Shown here: one piece after another, positions 25,101-36,601 of the stretch
How positions within the stretch are numbered: the stretch's first letter is position 1
Layout of the letters: each line of letters starts with the position of its first letter
Assembly (NCBI GenBank): GCA_040954595.2
Contig: CM082590.2
Location: 6,634,001 to 6,698,000 of the forward strand
Direction: 5' to 3'
DNA length: 64,000 nucleotides
From: Balanoglossus misakiensis
Lineage: Eukaryota; Animalia; Hemichordata
Notes under the pieces: generated by a model
What the model was told of the DNA's origin: nothing
Seen by the model: the letters and a program-made list of their open reading frames with translations, nothing else
Databases searched by the model: none
Position numbers and translations under genes: made by a program

Positions 25101-26845
25101 AGTTTGGTAACCTTCAAATTTTGATAATAGATGAGATTTCTATGGTAGACAAAAAGTTACTGTACTATGTTCATGGAAGACTGCGACAAATCAAACAGTC
25201 ATCGGCTGAGTCACCATTTGGGAATGTGTGTGTTATTGCTGTGGGTGATTTTTATCAACTCCCGCCTGTAAAAGCAAGTCCACTGTGCATAGACCGTGAA
25301 TCCGTCAATCTGTGGAATGACAATTTCAGTATGGTAGAATTAACTGAAATAATGAGACAGAAAGACTGTGCATTTGCAGAGGCATTAAATCGAGTAAGAG
25401 TTCACAAAAAGGGGGACACACTAAATGCTGGTGATGTGGCAATGTTACAAAAGTGTGTTACTGGTGAAACATCTGAGGCAATGCATGTTTTTGCTACAAA
25501 TGCAGAGGTTAATAGCTGTAATGTTGAAATGCTTCATTCTCAATGTTCTGATCCTGTGTGTATTGAAGCAGAAGATTTTAGCAGAAATCCTAAAAGTGGA
25601 CGACTAGAAAAAAAGGAAGGTCACCATGTCAAAGTGTTCAGGACAACTTTGCCAAAGACTCTTACTCTAGCTGTTGGTGCACGAGTCCAATTGACGCATA
25701 ACATTGATGTGGCTGATGGTTTGGTGAATGGCGTTTTTGGGACAGTATGTCACATTGCAGTAAAACCAAATGAAAAATTCCCAGCTGCCATTTATGTTGT
25801 ATTTGATAATGAGAAAGTTGGCCAAGGATTGCGTAAAAAGAAGCCTATAACTATATCTGACCTTCCAGTAAACAGTACCCCTATAGAACCTCAGGAAATG
25901 TCTGTTGCAAGTAATGGTGGTATTAGGAGGCAGTTTCCTTTAAAACTAGCTTGGGCATGTACAGTGCATAAGGTACAGGGATTGACAGTTGATAAAGCTG
26001 TTGTCAGTTTAAAGAAGATGTTTGCACCAGGACAGGCATATGTGGCATTGAGTCGGGTGACAACATTAGATGGTCTCATTATTAATGACTTTAACAAATC
26101 ATCCATATATTGCAATGAAAAGGTCCAAGAAGCCCTGGAAACAATGCCAAAATTTCTCCCCAAGTGTACTCAGAAAGAACACAGTAATTATACATGCTCA
26201 TTTGTATTGCATAATGTGGAGGGACTTGTCAATCACATTAAAGATATTTGCAATGACAGTGAATATTTGGAAGCAGACTTCATTTGTTTGACGGAAACTT
26301 GGTTATCTGAAAAAGGAACACATTGTAATTTGCAATTGAGCGGATTTGAATTCAATCACCAACCACGATCTCAATCCTACAATCAATTTGATAGAAATAC
26401 ATCAAGTCTACAGTTGCAACAGCGGGGTGGTGTTGGAGTCTATAGCAAACTATGTAATGATTTTGAAATTTTGCATTTGGGTGTGTGTAATTTGGAATGT
26501 ATTTCATTTTATGTCACTAAAATCAATGTTACAGTAGCTGTAGTTTATAGACCACCATCATACAAAGCAGAGGTATTCAAAAAAAGTTTGGTTTGTTTGG
26601 TGAAAGCAATGGAAAAATACCCAGGAGGAAAACTGATCATGGGTGATTTCAATGAAGATATCTTGTCCCGGTCATCACTTGTAAAGTTCATGGAAGATCA
26701 TGGTTTCAGACAATTTGTTAGCGAACCAACTACAGAAGCTAATACATTGATTGATCATGTGTATGTGAAAGGAATAAAATATGTGACAGTAAATGTGGTA
26801 CCAAAATACTTCAGCTTTCATGAAGCAATAAGCATCAAAATATAA
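19160..26845 (+). CDS. Helentron transposase: OTU protease-like + Zn-finger + HUH/Y2 Rep + PIF1-family SF1B helicase + APE/EEP endonuclease
   Basis: Uninterrupted ORF (track starts at TTG 19151; first ATG at 19160). OTU: IIGDGNCFFRSLS (19937), WATETEI, NHYEVV (20291). Zn: CSVCHRRLF and CHTC. Rep: PTWFCSFSAAD, YRVEFQQRGSPHTHCLFW (23087-23140), YIVSYISKAE. Helicase: GGAGTGKS (24863), APTGVAA, IIDEISMV, GDFYQLPPV, MRQKD, TVHKVQGLT, GQAYVALSRV. EN: HNVEGL, DFICLTETWL, GGVGVY, VYRPP, IMGDFNED, LIDHVYV, SFH. Confidence 0.97.
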   Translation: MPRSRYWRKKRSQKNEDTVVSEDPVLLKNRIAIEHKEGPALSKNRNRNEYKEGPALSKNRNRNEFKEGPALSKNRNRNEYKEGPALSKNRNRNEFKEGPALSKNRNRNEYKEGPALSKNRNRNEYKEGPALSKNRNRNEFKEGPALSKNRNMDKIRKSDRENESTKVNNEIFETENQSVDKTEGSNEILQEHSLDNDSSDDLYIGSGTGDSVYSFSPLTFDVCEQLCCKFDIVDKNNIDIFNKLGSVTIGDPCNYKSIIGDGNCFFRSLSYCISGTERNHGVIRTAIVNHLKANEEVYSGWVRLDGYTSVADYIAKSRMDHLGTWATETEILATTNLFNVNIFVYSFDSWWKHSCNIINKNNVDRGVGIYLNHRNRNHYEVVECVKTPQLENCHCTHIDCNEVIPIENVTGECMGVTDNECSKQIGLKKEFHLDDVFATQCFAPVRNKKRGRAIGERLKKKLRREKYESERGKLNELNVPSSLKSSKASKQYERYQTNSEYRDNIKSDSRKRYHEDVLYRENKKRRLAGRYDHDLVYREVQKTVCAEQCLAKYEKVPLYREHKKSESAAQCVDKYKKDQTFREQKKRQSAEQCVDKYKKDETFREQKKRQCVDKYKKDQTFREQKKRQNAALCVDKYKKDQTFREQKKRQCVDKYKKDQTFREQKKRQSAAQCVDKYKKDQTFREQKKRQSAAQCVHKYKKDLEFREQKKRQTAAVFADKFQNDQKFREHKKSQNAAQFLDKYNRDEEFQNWTKKKCLERYQQDHVYKQTVLQRRRTERKVTKIEKGNIERVIIDFRNQISVGPNCVCSVCHRRLFRKQVIVCKMDNYVSKGGLCEMNANKCITQEYVHNCSELCIVDCPLKSSAASKLWICHTCHSKLLRAEMPVQAAANNLDVKPIPDELKCLNSLEQHLIALHIPFMKMMALPRGGQNGVHGPVVCVPSNIEKATSILPRGELEDQMIKVKLKRKLSYKGCYQYQFVNKGHIQNALEYLQKNNKWYNDVKFNLTWENTLEKTEEKSNGESNENTEEKLLDTEGNDVASDTENGNEPDGDTNGIFMDTCFQPVDIGQDILDYHFDDITCVAPGEDNKPVRVLMEKFNEAKCFPVIFPTGSPTFHDDREVKITIGRYLQSRLMNASNRFAKSTDYIFYAQYRSELDQVVSNVSIALRKGTANACGKKVTSDVLTDGDSLREILKCDEGYKFLKPVRGTPPYWQATQKDIFAMIRQLGIPTWFCSFSAADLRWKEVIETILREEGDTRNAEDLDWCEKCGILRRNPVTAARMFDHRFHCFLNEVIMSPASPIGKIKDYFYRVEFQQRGSPHTHCLFWVENAPKVDKDSDEDVVEFVDRYVTCEMPSIEEDEVLHEIVKTVQKHSSRHSKSCKKKGTTCRFNFPRPPSNKTFICHPSVSIDTGIEVTDDDQCKDDQMSTSLESEFENSLLELDDTVLVQKKARQILERVWTCLCDKEKQIDTIDDLFNAVGISQEMFEQANAILAKKTSVVLKREPSDVWVNQYNTNLLRCWNANMDIQFVVDAYACVVYIVSYISKAEREMGLLLEHAQKEANKEGNMDAKSAMKELGGVYLHNREISAQEAVYRVCGLKLKQSSRKVQFIPTGENQIKMSLPLAAIQKKMKGGDLDEEEIWMNSIVDRYKNRPNGVDFDNMCLAKFCSEYRVVSKSEMKNVSNEKRHSPIVKLKNDVGYMQKRSISDGAVVRYARFSVTKCPEKHYGSILQLFLPYRTESQLKPSGFESFEDFYCLGAVKCGTASLEKVKMIVDANKALFETEADAIDAAGQFLDENGHLEDAWAQICPENELERLECIEEGKKCCDDDPVDDSDIPDLVKKPKGDDCHVELSNSMKKYEVEAMCRSLNKKQAEVFYTVRKWCLDKSNGKNPEPFYLFVTGGAGTGKSHLIKSIYHEAKRILARAMPDVDGISIALTAPTGVAAFNIQGTTLHHIFSIAVDSKLPYQPLREEKLNTLRCKFGNLQILIIDEISMVDKKLLYYVHGRLRQIKQSSAESPFGNVCVIAVGDFYQLPPVKASPLCIDRESVNLWNDNFSMVELTEIMRQKDCAFAEALNRVRVHKKGDTLNAGDVAMLQKCVTGETSEAMHVFATNAEVNSCNVEMLHSQCSDPVCIEAEDFSRNPKSGRLEKKEGHHVKVFRTTLPKTLTLAVGARVQLTHNIDVADGLVNGVFGTVCHIAVKPNEKFPAAIYVVFDNEKVGQGLRKKKPITISDLPVNSTPIEPQEMSVASNGGIRRQFPLKLAWACTVHKVQGLTVDKAVVSLKKMFAPGQAYVALSRVTTLDGLIINDFNKSSIYCNEKVQEALETMPKFLPKCTQKEHSNYTCSFVLHNVEGLVNHIKDICNDSEYLEADFICLTETWLSEKGTHCNLQLSGFEFNHQPRSQSYNQFDRNTSSLQLQQRGGVGVYSKLCNDFEILHLGVCNLECISFYVTKINVTVAVVYRPPSYKAEVFKKSLVCLVKAMEKYPGGKLIMGDFNEDILSRSSLVKFMEDHGFRQFVSEPTTEANTLIDHVYVKGIKYVTVNVVPKYFSFHEAISIKI
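19259..19612 (+). repeat. In-frame 45-bp coding minisatellite x8 (E[HYF]KEGPALSKNRNRN)
   Basis: GAAT(A/T)CAAAGAGGGGCCTGCCCTCTCTAAAAACAGGAATAGAAAT repeated almost perfectly. Confidence 0.95.
20860..21420 (+). repeat. In-frame 66/54-bp coding repeat (CVDKYKKDQTFREQKKRQ[SAAQ])
   Basis: TGTGTTGACAAGTACAAAAAAGATCAGACATTCCGAGAACAAAAGAAGAGAC repeated as 22-aa and 18-aa variants, degenerating towards both sides. Confidence 0.93.
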
Positions 26846-29800
26846 TTATTTAGACTTGTGTTTTGAAATAAAATCAGTGTGATTAGAAAAATAAAGATAT
26901 AACCCACCGCGAGGAATAACCTTATTCAGGTACATGATTCAATAACGGCCTTTGTTACGGAAAAGCTGAGTGATGGTACCAGACCTTGTTGCTTCACCAG
27001 GGCAAAGTGTGTGCTTCTGGTGGTAGGACATGACCGGGCAAGTGATCTGATTTGGCGGGCGACTTGTGCTTGTCGCTGCGCTCCTTGCCTGGTCATACTG
27101 CCAGTAGCACACTATAGTGCACAGCGATGAGGTCTGGGAGTGAGACTAGATAAAAACAAAACTACCCAGCAAGAGGTTAAATGTTCTTATACTGGCTCCT
27201 ATGTTAAATCAATTCAAATACTTAATTGTCAACAATAGCTGTGAAACTTGTCTTCATGAGGCTCATCAATCAGTTATAAATTCAGGATAAATGACATTTT
27301 GATAACAATGTATATACACAAATAAGACAACATGATGAAAAGCATATCTGCAGCACTGGATAAAACTAAAAAAGGATGAAACTTGAATTTAAAATAGATA
27401 TAGCTGTTGGCAAAAGTATTTTCCAAAGGAATTGTTTCCTGTTAAATTGATCTCTGTAGCATGTCCATAATTGGAGATTTTAAAAGAATTTTTAAAGTGG
27501 GTAGTCGGGATCTGTAGCAATAGTGTGTGCATGTCGTTCAACTGCCTTATGATATAATCTGAGAAAGCTGACATCATCATTTTACATAACATGTATTTAC
27601 CTTACCGCAAAATAATATTGACCACCAGATTGCTTTTGATAAGGTTACGATAAGGTAGCGATACACCAACTGCAAATAATTTGAAGCAAATTAACTACAG
27701 AAGCTAATAAATTGATTGATCTTGTGTCTGAGAAAGGAATAGAAAGTGTGACGGTAAATGTTGTACCAAAATACTTTAGCTTTCATGAAGCAATAAGGAT
27801 CAAAATATTAATTTAGAGTTGTGTTTTGAAATAACATAAGTGTTATTAGAAAAATAAAGATATAACCCATCACGAGGAAAAACCTCATTCACGTACATGA
27901 TTTAATAATGGCCTTTGTTACGGAAAAGCTGAGTGATGGTACCAGACCTTGTTGCTTCACCAGGGCAAAGTGTGTGCTTCTGGTGGTAGGACATGACCGG
28001 GCAAGTGATCTGATTTGGCGGGCGACTTGTGCTTGTCGCTGCGCTCCTTGCCTGGTCATACTGCCAGTAGCACACTATAGTGCACAGCGATGAGGTCTGG
28101 GAGTGAGACTAGATAAAAACAAAACTACCCAGCAAGAGGTTAAATGTTCTTATACTGGCTCCTATGTTAAATCAATTCAAATACTTAATTGTCAACAATA
28201 GCTGTGAAACTTGTCTTCATGAGGCTCATCAATCAGTTATAAATTCAGGATAAATGACATTTTGATAACAATGTATATACACAAATAAGACAACATGATG
28301 AAAAGCACATCTGCAGCACTGGATAAAACTAAAAAAGGATGAAACTTGAATTTAAAATAGATATAGCTGTTGGCAAAAGTATTTTCCAAAGGAATTGTTT
28401 CTTGTTAAATTGATCTCTGTAGCATGTCCATAATTGGAGATTTTAAAAGAATTTTTAAAGTGGGTAGTCGGGATCTGTAGCAACAGTGTGTGCATGTCGT
28501 TCAACTGCCTTATGATATAATCTGAGAAAGCTGACATCATCATTTTACATAACATGTATTTACCTTACCGCAAAATAATATTGACCACCAGATTGCTTTT
28601 GATAAGGTTACGATAAGGTAGCGATACACCAACTGCAAATAATTTGAAGCAAATTAACTACAGAAGGTAATAAATTGATTGATCTTGTGTCTGAGAAAGG
28701 AATATAAAGTGTGACGGTAAATGTTGTACCAAAATACTTTAGCTTTCATGAAGCAATAAGGATCAAAATATTAATTTAGAGTTGTGTTTTGAAATAACAT
28801 AAGTGTTATTAGAAAAATAAAGATATAACCCATCACGAGGAAAAACCTCATTCACGTACATGATTTAATAACGGCCTTTGTTACGGAAAAGCTGAGTGAT
28901 GGTACCAGACCTTGTTGCTTCACCAGGGCAAAGTGTGTGCTTCTGGTGGTAGGACATGACCGGGCAAGTGATCTGATTTGGCGGGCGACTTGTGCTTGTC
29001 GCTGCGCTCCTTGCCTGGTCATACTGCCAGTAGCACACTATAGTGCACAGCGATGAGGTCTGGGAGTGAGACTAGATAAAAACAAAACTACCCAGCAAGA
29101 GGTTAAATGTTCTTATACTGGCTCCTATGTTAAATCAATTCAAATACTTAATTGTCAACAATAGCTGTGAAACTTGTCTTCATGAGGCTCATCAATCAGT
29201 TATAAATTCAGGATAAATGACATTTTGATAACAATGTGTATACACAAATAAGACAACATGATGAAAAGCACATCTGCAGCACTGGATAAAACTAAAAAAG
29301 GATGAAACTTGAATTTAAAATAGATATAGCTGTTGGCAAAAGTATTTTCCAAAGGAATTGTTTCCTGTTAAATTGATCTCTGTAGCATGTCCATAATTGG
29401 AGATTTTAAAAGAATTTTTAAAGTGGGTAGTCGGGATCTGTAGCAATAGTGTGTGCATGTCGTTCAACTGCCTTATGATATAATCTGAGAAAGCTGACAT
29501 CATCATTTTACATAACATGTATTTACCTTACCGCAAAATAATATTGACCACCAGATTGCTTTTGATAAGGTTACGATAAGGTAGCGATACACCAACTGCA
29601 AATAATTTGAAGCAAATTAACTACAGAAGGTAATAAATTGATTGATCTTGTGTCTGAGAAAGGAATATAAAGTGTGACGGTAAATGTTGTACCAAAATAC
29701 TTTAGCTTTCATGAAGCAATAAGGATCAAAATATTAATTTAGAGTTGTGTTTTGAAATAACATAAGTGTTATTAGAAAAATAAAGATATAACCCATCACG

Positions 29801-31534
29801 AGGAAAAACCTCATTCACGTACATGATTTAATAATGGCCTTTGTTACGGAAAAGCTGAGTGATGGTACCAGACCTTGTTGCTTCACCAGGGCAAAGTGTG
29901 TGCTTCTGGTGGTAGGACATGACCGGGCAAGTGATCTGATTTGGCGGGCGACTTGTGCTTGTCGCTGCGCTCCTTGCCTGGTCATACTGCCAGTAGCACA
30001 CTATAGTGCACAGCGATGAGGTCTGGGAGTGAGACTAGATAAAAACAAAACTACCCAGCAAGAGGTTAAATGTTCTTATACTGGCTCCTATGTTAAATCA
30101 ATTCAAATACTTAATTGTCAACAATAGCTGTGAAACTTGTCTTCATGAGGCTCATCAATCAGTTATAAATTCAGGATAAATGACATTTTGATAACAATGT
30201 ATATACACAAATAAGACAACATGATGAAAAGCACATCTGCAGCACTGGATAAAACTAAAAAAGGATGAAACTTGAATTTAAAATAGATATAGCTGTTGGC
30301 AAAAGTATTTTCCAAAGGAATTGTTTCCTGTTAAATTGATCTCTGTAGCATGTCCATAATTGGAGATTTTAAAAGAATTTTTAAAGTGGGTAGTCGGGAT
30401 CTGTAGCAATAGTGTGTGCATGTCGTTCAACTGCCTTATGATATAATCTGAGAAAGCTGACATCATCATTTTACATAACATGTATTTACCTTACCGCAAA
30501 ATAATATTGACCACCAGATTGCTTTTGATAAGGTTACGATAAGGTAGCGATACACCAACTGCAAATAATTTGAAGCAAATTAACTACAGAAGCTAATAAA
30601 TTGATTGATCTTGTGTCTGAGAAAGGAATAGAAAGTGTGACGGTAAATGTTGTACCAAAATACTTTAGCTTTCATGAAGCAATAAGGATCAAAATATTAA
30701 TTTAGAGTTGTGTTTTGAAATAACATAAGTGTTATTATAAAAATAAAGATATAACCCGTCACGAGGAAAAACCTCATTCACGTACATGATTTAATAATGG
30801 CCTTTGTTACGGAAAAGCTGAGTGATGGTACCAGACCTTGTTGCTTCACCAGGGCAAAGTGTGTGCTTCTGGTGGTAGGACATGACCGGGCAAGTGATCT
30901 GATTTGGCGGGCGACTTGTGCTTGTCGCTGCGCTCCTTGCCTGGTCATACTGCCAGTAGCACACTATGGTGCACAGCGATGAGGTCTGGGAGTGAGACTA
31001 GATAAAAACAAAACTACCCAGCAAGAGGTTAAATGTTCTTATACTGGCTCCTATGTTAAATCAATTCAAATACTTAATTGTCAACAATAGCTGTGAAACT
31101 TGTCTTCATGAGGCTCATCAATCAGTTATAAATTCAGGATAAATGACATTTTGATAACAATGTATATACACAAATAAGACAACATGATGAAAAGCACATC
31201 TGCAGCACTGGATAAAACTAAAAAAGGATGAAACTTGAATTTAAAATAGATATAGCTGTTGGGAAAAGTATTTTCCAAAGGAATTGTTTCCTGTTAAATT
31301 GATCTCTGTAGCATGTCCATAATTGGAGATTTTAAAAGAATTTTTAAAGTGGGTAGTCGGGATCTGTAGCAATAGTGTGTGCATGTCGTTCAACTGCCTT
31401 ATGATATAATCTGAGAAAGCTGACATCAACATTTTACATAACATGTATTTACCTTACCGCAAAATAATATTGACCACCAGATTGCTTTTGATAAGGTTAC
31501 GATAAGGTAGCGATACACCAACTGCAAATAATTT
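26710..31534 (+). repeat. 963-bp tandem repeat x5, starting within the 3' end of the transposase ORF
   Basis: Near-identical ORFs at 27389, 28352, 29315, 30278 and 31241 (period 963). Each unit begins with a degenerate copy of the last ~40 codons of the EN domain. Confidence 0.95.
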
Positions 31535-31787
31535 GTCTAACATGTTGTGATTTAACTTTCAGAAAAAGATATAAACTCTGGGGGAGGACAGGGTAATTAA
31601 GACTAGGTTGTCTACACGCCTTAGTGAGTTGTCTGTCTGTCTGTCTGTCTGAAGATAAACTCAGGCGAAGGATTGAGTAATTTAAGACAGGCTGCCTGGC
31701 TGTCATAATGTTATATCTGTCTGTATGTCTTTGTCATGTATGCACTGGCATATGTACATTTGTAACATATGTACATGTGTATATGCA

Positions 31788-31825
<38 letters not shown>

Positions 31826-31886
31826 CATGCAGGCATGTATGTATGTATGTATGTATGTATGTATGTATGTATGTATGTATGTATGT
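31788..31886. repeat. (TG)n(TATG)n compound microsatellite
   Basis: Directly visible. Confidence 0.95.
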
Positions 31887-31975
31887 AGTCATTTTCTATG
31901 TATATATAAAATCTATGTTAAATATAAAAAGTATTTTAGAACAATTTACATTGCTGCTTGGTATGATATAATTAC

Positions 31976-32219
31976 AATTTAACAATTTTATTGCTACACC
32001 ATGGGGTATTCACTTCTGTGTGTAAATTTGTTTGTATGATCATATGGTATGCAATATTGAGTACATGTACATAATTCACCTGCTTTTAATACTGTGTAAT
32101 TTAACAATTTTATTGCTACACCATGGGGTATTCACTTCTGTGTGTACATTTGTTTGTATGATCATATGGTATGCAATATTGAGTACATGTACATAATTCA
32201 CCTGCTTTTAATACTGTGT
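31976..32219. repeat. 122-bp direct duplication
   Basis: AATTTAACAATTTTATTGCTACACCATGGGG at 31976 and 32098. Confidence 0.9.
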
Positions 32220-35200
32220 GGTATAGCGTATATATTGCATTTTGTAAAAAGAAACATGAAATACTGTATTTTGAACAACTTATTGTACTGGATGATTTTT
32301 TATTACAGTAAAGATATTTGCCTGCATTATGAGAGTAATAGAAATAATTTAAGTTGTACTTTTTATTCTGAAATAAGTTTCTTGATGTTTGGTATTCCAT
32401 GTAAATAGCCAATTTTGAGTCAAGATAGTTATTTTATAACATGATTTGAAATTGTCATTTGTATTATCAAGAATGGTTTCAATCAAATAATTATGTATTT
32501 TCATTTTGTGTTGACTTAATATTCAAAACTGGACCTGTTGTTTGACTTATTGAAACACGGTAAACTGTATAGGGTCACATACACACCATTAAGACGGTTC
32601 TGAAGCGTCTCAGATCAGATACCATCTTAAAGAATCAGGTGTGGACAGTGTTTAGTGGTTCTGAAATTGCTTAGATTTGAGACAGCATTTGCCGGTCAGA
32701 CCGGAGCCGGTGTAAAGAATTACTGTAACACCTCTCCGCAACCCATTGTCCATGGGACTAAGCCTCAGCGCCCCTACTTATGGTGGGTTCACATCTGGGC
32801 CCATGGCCGGGCAAAACGTGTCACTGATGATTGTGACAAGACAAGCTAATCTTTAGTCCCCGTTCACATTGTGATTGGCACAGTCCTGGCCAGTGGTGTC
32901 TCGCCAACCTTTCACCTTATAAAGCAGAACCATGTTGGTCCTCTAATGGTTGTTCATACGATTTTCTTCATTGTCAAACGATGGACTACACTATTATGTC
33001 AATCTGGGACCAGATTCGGACAAAACGTGTCCACACACACCGTAGTGGGACCAGAGTCGGACCAGAGTAGGATACAAACCAACCCATTCAACTGGGACAA
33101 AAATTGTCCGGACAAAGGTCGGCCAGACCCGTTCTGAGTATTGTGAACAGCCTAATAAACTGTGTGTGTGTGCAGCGACTTAAAGGATTAATGCTCTGTG
33201 TTTACCAGTACAGTACTGTACTGGTGAACTATGCTTGTATATCAACATACAAGATTGAACATTCACATAAATAATTTATGATGTCCACCCAGTTTTCCAC
33301 TGTGTGCTAAACTTTTATCCATGTATTTGAATATATAGCCAGTGTTGCAAACTATTTAGACCACATGGATCTTGGCATGAGATCTCAGAGTGTAGTATTC
33401 TTTCATGTATAACTGCCATGTACAATGCCATGGCAATGTTATTTGTCAAAAGGAAACGTACTTTGGTACAGGTATTCATTTCGTATCACACACAAAATCA
33501 CAACTTTACTTACAGCAAAGGGGTATTTACTGACCCCTTTTTAGGTTATGCACTGACAGCATATTGCACAGTCAGTGACTTAATGCAGGTACTCTCTGTA
33601 TTCTTGAATGATATCAAAAAGGGCAAACAAAAGCTACTTTGTACCTTTAACAAATGATCTGCAATTAAGGCTTGTACACAATCAAGTTGTCAGATTACGT
33701 TTAATGACTATTTCTGTCAATGCTATGTCCCGTTTGATTTTCTAAAATTGTGCACAACAAGAAATGTCTTAATGGATATGCTGAACTGTATTTTAAAATT
33801 CAAGTAGACTTTTGTCAAGGTCAGATTTGCTTTGTTGTATACTAGATATGTCCTCATAATACATATATGTTCTTAAGTATTTGTCGTGTTAAATATGCAC
33901 TGTATCAAATGGATGTTCAAACAATTTAGAAAGATGCTAACTTAATTTCACTAATCCTCTTTTTCAGAAATTAAATGGTGTCTGAACTTATTATTTAGTT
34001 ATTATTATTAGTTATTATTATACTTGGCCATTGTCAGCTGGATATAATTGCTTAAAACTGTGAACAATTGTAATCTGTGTTTGTTTAGTTTCTTGCAATA
34101 ACAAAAACCAACCTCAACTGATGTCAACCATTTGTTTTATGTGCTTCAGATAAACCTGTAAGTTGAATCATTGCTTTTTAACATAAGCCTTTTACTGTAG
34201 TCATCTCTTTATTTTAGTCTACATTATAGGTCGCTGACCACTTAAAACAAAATGTCCACGTCTGACTTTCATGTCTCTCTGTACTCTGTACAATATATCT
34301 GGTTTGGTAGATTTTCCGGATACCAAGATAAAGAAAACTTGAAGGTCTAATACACAAATATTTCTCAAATAATGTTGTCACATACTAGTGGAGATCCAAA
34401 ACACAAAACATGTAAGCCCTCTTATTTTTAAGGATACTATTTGTTGTAGGCAAAATAAGGAGGTGAAGTATAAGAACGCATTAAGTGTTTCAACATATCA
34501 CGATAATGAAAACTAAAAGGTCATCCCAAGGTTACCCAAAAATTTGTCAAAAATTTGGTCCCATACTGGTCCCAGCTTCCCTTCTGCCACTATTGGTCAG
34601 CGTAAAATTTAATGTGGTAAGGTGTCCGACAACATGAGTAAAGCGGTATCTGCCCTGGATGCCGAGATTTGTAAAATTAGGTCAAAGTTCACAAAAAAAT
34701 TGCTCCAAAATATTTTGATGCCATACTGGTCCATGCCCAACTGAAATGGAACTGCTAGCTGTGTTGGTTAGCCTGGAATTAGGTATGTGCATAATTAATG
34801 AGGTTAAGAAGGTGTCACAGATTAACCCAAAATTTAGCTTTTCATTTTTGTCCCATCCCTCAAAAAACAAAGGATGTAACTCCTGTAAAGGTCAGGTCAG
34901 GTCACCCTAAATTTTGGCAAAAGATTGTGACCCCATATTGGTCCATGTTCAACAAAAACCAGACCTCTATTCCATTTGGTAGGCCTGGAATCAGGTATGC
35001 ACGTAATTAATGAGTCAAGCAGGTGTCACAGGTGACCCCAAAATTTGCCTTTTAATTTTGATCCCATCCCTCGAAAGGACAAGGCTGTAGCTACTGTTGG
35101 TGCCGAGATATGGTAAAGTAGGTTAAAAGTCACCTCAGTTCATCCAAAATTTGGGCAAAAACTTTTGAATTCAACAAAAACACACCTCTAGCCCTATTGG

Positions 35201-36601
35201 TTCGCTTGGAATTATATATGCGAATAATTAATGGGGTAAATTGTGGGATTCGGTGAGGTGTTCCATCCCTCCAAATGCTAAGCCTGTACCTGCAGTGGAT
35301 GCCAAGATATGAGAAAGTAGGTAAAAGGTCACTGAGGTCACCCAAAATTCTTTGACGAAATACTGGTCCATGTCCAAAAAAAACAAAAACTCTAGATCTA
35401 TTAGTTCGTCTGTAATTAGGTATGCGCATACTTAATGAGTTAAGCAGGTGTCACAGGTGACCCAAAACTTTGGCTTTTCATTATGGCCCCATACCTCCAA
35501 ACGCCAAGGCTGTATCTGCTGTGGATGTCGAGATATGCAAAAGTAGGTCAAAGGTCACCCGAGGTCATCCAACATTTGGGCAAAATATTTTGACCCCATA
35601 CTGATCCATGTCCAGAAAAAAACAAACCTCTAGGTCATTTGGTTCATCTGTAATTAGGTATGCGCATATTTAATGAGGTCAGCAGAGGTCAAAGGGGTCA
35701 TGAAAAGTAGCAAAAATTTTTGATCACATACAAAACCACATACATCAAAAACCAAACTTATAGCCCTATTGGTTAGCCTGGAATTAGATATGCAGAAAAA
35801 TGATGCGTCAAAAGTAGGTCAAAGGTCATTGCCAAAATTACCAAAATATTTATAGCTTATTCTTGTCATATGATGATTCATATCCATAAAAAGAATTTCT
35901 GTGCTATCAATTTTTAGGCTAGAAACAGAATTTTTACTTTTTAATCGTTGTTCACAAAATCCAATATGGCCGCCAAAATCTTCGACCAATCACAATGATC
36001 TTCGCAAACTTGATAGACATCTGTTTAATGACCACACACACCAAATCTTGTGACTCGGTTATCGCCGGTTCTTGAGAAGAAGATTTTTGAAATTTTACTA
36101 GGGTTTTTCGAAAATCCAATATGGCCGCCATAATCTTCGACCAATCACAATGATCTTCGCAAACTTGATAGACCTCAGTTTGGTGACCACATACCCCAAA
36201 CCGCGTGACTCGGTTATCGCCGGTTCTGGAGAAGAAGATTTTTGAAATTTTGACCAGATTTCAGAAAAACAACTGTAGCAAAAAAACTGCAACATTGACA
36301 GCAAAATATCCAATTACAAAAATGATGGGTAGAAGGTAGACTACCTGCACACCAAGTTTGAAGTCGATCTGACTTGTAGTTTCTGAGATCTGAGATTTGC
36401 ATTTTTTCAGAAAATCTAATATGGCCGCCAGGTCACGTGACTAATTAAAAATTCAAGGGTTCAATGCACATCTACTCATTGACCTTGACCACTGTAGCAA
36501 GTTTGAGAAGTGTACCTGCAGTGGTGTCTGAGATCTAGAGCGACAAAGAATTGACACAAGAATAAAGAAAGAAAGAAGAAAGAAGAAAGAAGGAAAGACA
36601 G

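Noticed and set aside
32854-33156. Possible Harbinger-like MITE (CCGTTCACA ... TGTGAACAGCC) captured inside the Helentron
   Set aside because: Inverted match is short and imperfect, with no clear TSD.
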